From Deferribacterales bacterium (lineage in GTDB: Bacteria; Chrysiogenota; Deferribacteres; Deferribacterales; Geovibrionaceae), in the NCBI GenBank assembly GCA_050251875.1, contig JBFWMA010000002.1, positions 374,606-438,605 on the forward strand: 64,000 nucleotides of DNA, given 5' to 3'. The translations under genes and the position numbers were made by a program. The first letter of the stretch is position 1, and the number at the start of each line of letters is the position of its first letter. The notes under the pieces are model-generated. The model was not told the DNA's origin, searched no databases, and saw nothing but the letters and a program-made list of their open reading frames with translations. This document shows, piece by piece, positions 60,181-64,000 of this stretch.

Positions 60181-61899
60181 ATGCCTGCGTCTTATTCTAT
60201 TGTTACATTTATTTTCTTTCTTTTGGCAGTACAAATTATCTCTTCTGCCGCTTTCACGATCTATTACCTGAGACAAAAGAACAAGAACGCTGACTCAGCC
60301 AAAAAACTCGCAGCGGCAAATGTTAAGATTCAACAATATCTTAACGCTGTCGATGCCTCCAACATGATGTGCATATCATCCTCTGACGGAATAATGAAAT
60401 ATATAAACAAATCATATCTGGACGTGGTGGGCTTCAGCTTTGACGAAATAGTCGGCAACAGATTCGAGACTCTGGCGCACCCCGACACAGACATGGGCGT
60501 TTATGAAAAACTTTTCGAAACTCTACAGCAGGGCAACATATGGTCCGGAACCATGCTGAACAAAACCAAGAAAGGCGGAACCGTCTATCTGGAAACCTCA
60601 GTGGTGCCTATCAAGGATGAAAACGGCAAGGTCATAGAATATCTCTCCATCAGAAAAGACATCACTCCGCTGATAAACCAGCAGGATCAAATCAAAAAAC
60701 AATATACCGACCCGCTCACAGGATTTCCCAACAGAACCAAAATGAGACGTGATCTCGAAGAGATAGAAAATCCGGCGCTCGCCATAATAAACATAGACGG
60801 ATTCAGCACCATCAACGCCTATTACGGTCTGGAAACAGGTGACGAGGTGCTGGTAAAATTCGCTAACCTTGTCCGCTCAAAAATCCCGAACACCATGACA
60901 ACATACCGTCTGAGCGGCGATGAGTTCGCCATAGTCGCCGGATCCGTAACGGATATAGATGATTTCAACCAGTTCATGAGAAACATGCTCCACGAGATTA
61001 CAGAAACCACCTTCTTCAGCCATGATAATGAAATGATGCTGAACCTCACAGCCGGAACGGCTATCGGCGGAGATAATCTTCTCATCAAGGCGGGAATGGC
61101 TATCAAACACGCCAGGCTGAACAAAAAGAACCTCATGACCTATTCCGATGTTCAGATATTCACCGAAAAGCTGAAAGACACGGTTCAGTATTCCACAGCC
61201 CTCAGAACAGCCGTGAAAGAGAGCAGAGTCGTCCCCCACTTCCAGCCCATAGCGGACGCTAAAAAAGGCACAGTGTATAAATATGAGGCTCTCATGCGTA
61301 TTCAGGACGACAAGGGCGGTTTTCTGCCTCCACTTTGCTTTTTGGAGCTTTCCAAACAGCTTAAACTTTATAACGGACTGTCATCCCTCATGGTGCAGAA
61401 ATCCATAGAAAAGATAATAGACAACGACATTCACATCACCATCAACTTCGACAAAGAGGACGTGGTGAGTAAAAAGATACACAACATACTCTTCACCCTC
61501 ATCCGTAAGCACAACCTTCAGGGCAGAATCACCATAGAGATCACCGAATCCGAAGGAATGGACAACCTCAGCGAGCTGGCGGCGTTTATCAGCAGCGCCA
61601 AAAACGAGGGATGCCTGATAGCCATAGACGACTTCGGCACCGGCTATTCGAACTTCATGTATATACTCTCCCTCCAGCCGGATTATCTGAAAATAGACGG
61701 ATCCATCACCCGCCAGATACTGGAATCATCCCGTGCGAGACTGCTCACAGAGACCATCGTCTCCATGTGCAGACGGGCGAATATAAAAACCATAGCGGAG
61801 TTTGTATCATCAGAAGAGATATATCAGGCGGTGAAAGAGATAGGCGTGGACTATGTTCAGGGCTATCATTTCGGAAAACCTGAACAGCATTTTCAATAA
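60181..61899 (+). CDS. TM-PAS-GGDEF-EAL c-di-GMP enzyme
   Basis: PAS/PAC, D.LTG.PNR, SGDEF, EAL and DDFGTGYS motifs; ATG 60181 with GGAG SD. Confidence 0.94.
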   Translation: MPASYSIVTFIFFLLAVQIISSAAFTIYYLRQKNKNADSAKKLAAANVKIQQYLNAVDASNMMCISSSDGIMKYINKSYLDVVGFSFDEIVGNRFETLAHPDTDMGVYEKLFETLQQGNIWSGTMLNKTKKGGTVYLETSVVPIKDENGKVIEYLSIRKDITPLINQQDQIKKQYTDPLTGFPNRTKMRRDLEEIENPALAIINIDGFSTINAYYGLETGDEVLVKFANLVRSKIPNTMTTYRLSGDEFAIVAGSVTDIDDFNQFMRNMLHEITETTFFSHDNEMMLNLTAGTAIGGDNLLIKAGMAIKHARLNKKNLMTYSDVQIFTEKLKDTVQYSTALRTAVKESRVVPHFQPIADAKKGTVYKYEALMRIQDDKGGFLPPLCFLELSKQLKLYNGLSSLMVQKSIEKIIDNDIHITINFDKEDVVSKKIHNILFTLIRKHNLQGRITIEITESEGMDNLSELAAFISSAKNEGCLIAIDDFGTGYSNFMYILSLQPDYLKIDGSITRQILESSRARLLTETIVSMCRRANIKTIAEFVSSEEIYQAVKEIGVDYVQGYHFGKPEQHFQ

Positions 61900-61982
61900 T
61901 TTCAATTAAAACGCTTCCTTTTCTTGTATTTCTCAGCCGGATGATTTAAATTATTTTCACATACCACTAAACGAGGATTGTC

Positions 61983-62165
61983 ATGATAAAAAAAGAACTT
62001 CTCGATGTTCTCGCATGCCCTAAATGCAAAGGCGCCGTAAGAGTCTCAAAGAACGAGGAGTACATAGTCTGCGATTCGTGCAGACTGCTGTACGAGATCA
62101 GAGAAGACATTCCTGTGATGCTGATGGATGAGGCAAAACAGGTAGAAGACACCAGCGGATACTAA
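61983..62165 (+). CDS. Trm112/YcaR family protein
   Basis: LL..LACP.CKG...C..C...Y.I...IPVML.DEA pattern. Confidence 0.93.
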   Translation: MIKKELLDVLACPKCKGAVRVSKNEEYIVCDSCRLLYEIREDIPVMLMDEAKQVEDTSGY

Positions 62166-62168
62166 GAT

Positions 62169-63689
62169 ATGGAAATCCTATCATCTGCCCAGATGTCGGC
62201 AGCGGATGCCTATACCATAAACGAGCTGGGGATTCCCTCCGCCGTGCTGATGGAGAACGCCGCCTCGTCTTTCGTTTCTCACCTTTTGGAAAAATATCCG
62301 GACATCTCGTCCGCCGCTGTGGCGGTGGGAGCAGGAAACAACGGCGGTGACGGACTGGCTGTCGCCCGTCTGCTGGACAACGCAGGCATACACACCGACA
62401 TTTACCTCGCCTGCCCAGCGGAAAAGCTGAAAGGCGATGCCCTTATCAATTTCAATATACTCACAAAATATCCCGTAAATATCTTCACCGTGGAAGAGGA
62501 CGACATCCCCGTGTTCGATAATTACGACATCACCATAGACGCTCTCTTCGGCACAGGGCTTTCACGCCCCCTCACCGGATTTTACGAAGAGCTGGTAAAC
62601 AGCATAAACCTGACCTCAGCGCTCATAGCCTCTGTTGATATCCCCAGCGGTCTCTCCGGCGACACATGGGAGATAATCGGAACATGCGTGGACGCTGATC
62701 TGACAGTCACATTCGGCAGACCGAAATATCCCCACATAATGTTCCCCGCCAGAAAAATGTGCGGAGAAGTGGCTGTGGCGGACATCTCCATACCGGACTT
62801 TGCCGTGGACACAGTGGGTTGCGATACTTTTCTCCTCACTCCGGACAGTCTCCCTCTGATGACAGAGAGAGAGCCCGACAGCCACAAAGGACACTTCGGA
62901 CACGCCGTGATAATAGGCGGCAGCGAAGGAAAATCCGGAGCGGCTTTCATGGCTTCCATGTCCTGCGCCAGAACAGGCGCCGGGCTCACCACTCTGGCTG
63001 TTCCCGGCGGGCTGATATCCGCCGCCGAATCCGTTAACCCGGAGATAATGTCTGTCGCCGTGGGTACTGGCACGTCTTTTGACATGTCCGACACTGACAA
63101 AATATTATCATTTCTGAAAGGAAAGACAGCAGCCGCCATAGGCATGGGGCTCGGCACAGACGAACAGACCGGTCTGTTTCTGAACTATCTGATAAAAAAC
63201 ACCAACATACCCGTTGTAATAGACGCTGACGGAATCAATCTGCTCAGCAGAGACATGCTGCCCATGCTGAAAGGCAGAGGGATTATCACTCCTCACATAG
63301 GCGAGTTCGCCCGCCTGATGGACACAGACACAGCGGATGTGATGAAAAACCGTATGGAACTCGCCAGATGTATGGCAGTGCAGTACGGTATCATAGTGGT
63401 GCAGAAAAGCGCCGACACCGTGATAGCCCTTCCCAACGGACGGATATTCATAGACATCTCAGGCACGCCCGCCCTGTCGAAAGGCGGCAGCGGAGACTGT
63501 CTGACAGGGATAATCACAGGATTCATCTCTCAGGGATTCGATCTGGATTTCGCCTGCCTTCTCGGGTGCTATACCCTCGGCAGAACAGCGGAGATCGTCT
63601 CCGCAGAAATGAACGAGCGCTCTGTAATGACAACAGATATAATAAATAACATTCACAAGACATTAGATGAACTTGAAGAAAACAGTTAA
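62169..63689 (+). CDS. nnr: Bifunctional NAD(P)H-hydrate epimerase/dehydratase
   Basis: LMENA, GNNGGDG, DALFGTG, DIPSG, HKG.FG, DADG, TPH.GE and GSGD motifs. Confidence 0.95.
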   Translation: MEILSSAQMSAADAYTINELGIPSAVLMENAASSFVSHLLEKYPDISSAAVAVGAGNNGGDGLAVARLLDNAGIHTDIYLACPAEKLKGDALINFNILTKYPVNIFTVEEDDIPVFDNYDITIDALFGTGLSRPLTGFYEELVNSINLTSALIASVDIPSGLSGDTWEIIGTCVDADLTVTFGRPKYPHIMFPARKMCGEVAVADISIPDFAVDTVGCDTFLLTPDSLPLMTEREPDSHKGHFGHAVIIGGSEGKSGAAFMASMSCARTGAGLTTLAVPGGLISAAESVNPEIMSVAVGTGTSFDMSDTDKILSFLKGKTAAAIGMGLGTDEQTGLFLNYLIKNTNIPVVIDADGINLLSRDMLPMLKGRGIITPHIGEFARLMDTDTADVMKNRMELARCMAVQYGIIVVQKSADTVIALPNGRIFIDISGTPALSKGGSGDCLTGIITGFISQGFDLDFACLLGCYTLGRTAEIVSAEMNERSVMTTDIINNIHKTLDELEENS

Positions 63690-64000
63690 GAGCGAGGAAG
63701 AGACAAGGGAGTTCGCCTTCGAAACGGCGGAAACGCTCAGAGGCAGTGTGGTTCTGATGAACGGCAATCTGGGCGCCGGAAAAACATTCTTCGTAAAATG
63801 CGTGGCAGAATATTTTGAATGCGGAGAGGTATCCAGCCCTACTTTCACCCTGCACCAGCGGTATGATGGGAAGATAACCATCAGACATTTCGACCTGTAC
63901 CGTCTGGAGAGCTTCGCCGAGCTGGAGAACATCGACTTTTTCGGTATTATAGAGAGCGGCGACACATGCTTTGTTGAATGGGCAGATAAATTTAATCTGC
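63667..64000 (+). CDS. tsaE: tRNA threonylcarbamoyladenosine biosynthesis ATPase TsaE (partial, runs off the right edge)
   Basis: Manual translation MNLKKTVKSEEET...GNLGAGKTFF...SPTFTL...HFDLYRL...VEW; overlaps the end of nnr. Confidence 0.94.
   Translation, partial: MNLKKTVKSEEETREFAFETAETLRGSVVLMNGNLGAGKTFFVKCVAEYFECGEVSSPTFTLHQRYDGKITIRHFDLYRLESFAELENIDFFGIIESGDTCFVEWADKFNL

Noticed and set aside
1..64000. CRISPR array, rRNA, IS elements
   Set aside because: No regularly spaced repeat-spacer pattern, rRNA-like sequence or transposase motif was found on reading the intergenic regions and ORFs.

Overview
Bacterial chromosomal window from a diderm (LPS/Kdo genes present), probably anaerobic organism. 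Gene content (hcp, HspR regulon, cdaA-cdaR-glmM, dCache sensors) is consistent with Deferribacterota, but that assignment is inference. 1-14.6 kb is a tightly packed minus-strand housekeeping run (dinG-like, pgi, tilS, hpt, ftsH, folP, cdaA, cdaR, glmM, pdxJ, acpS, kdsB, pyrG, kdsD). It is followed by an HtrA protease, hcp with an FNR/HcpR-type box, signalling genes, an hsp20-dnaJ-hspR-clpB heat-shock operon with a HAIR operator over its promoter, an alternative sigma factor, modA-modB-modD with tandem ModE-type boxes, bioB, hup and asd. At tRNA-Arg(CCG) (41836-41909) an integrase-less accessory region begins (about 41.9-49.8 kb). It carries two type II toxin-antitoxin modules (one bracketed by a degenerate copy of the tRNA 3' end), an AT-rich orphan with a nuclease-like motif, and an unannotated four-gene operon: small beta-rich protein, ~1050-aa beta-rich/coiled-coil/hydrophobic-helix protein, possible HNH-like protein, patatin phospholipase. 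That operon is the best candidate for an undescribed system. The rest holds a degenerate cI/cro-like regulator pair, a hybrid histidine kinase, three EAL-domain genes, cls, a radical SAM gene, trm112-like, nnr and partial tsaE. All calls come from motif recognition by eye; no searches were run.
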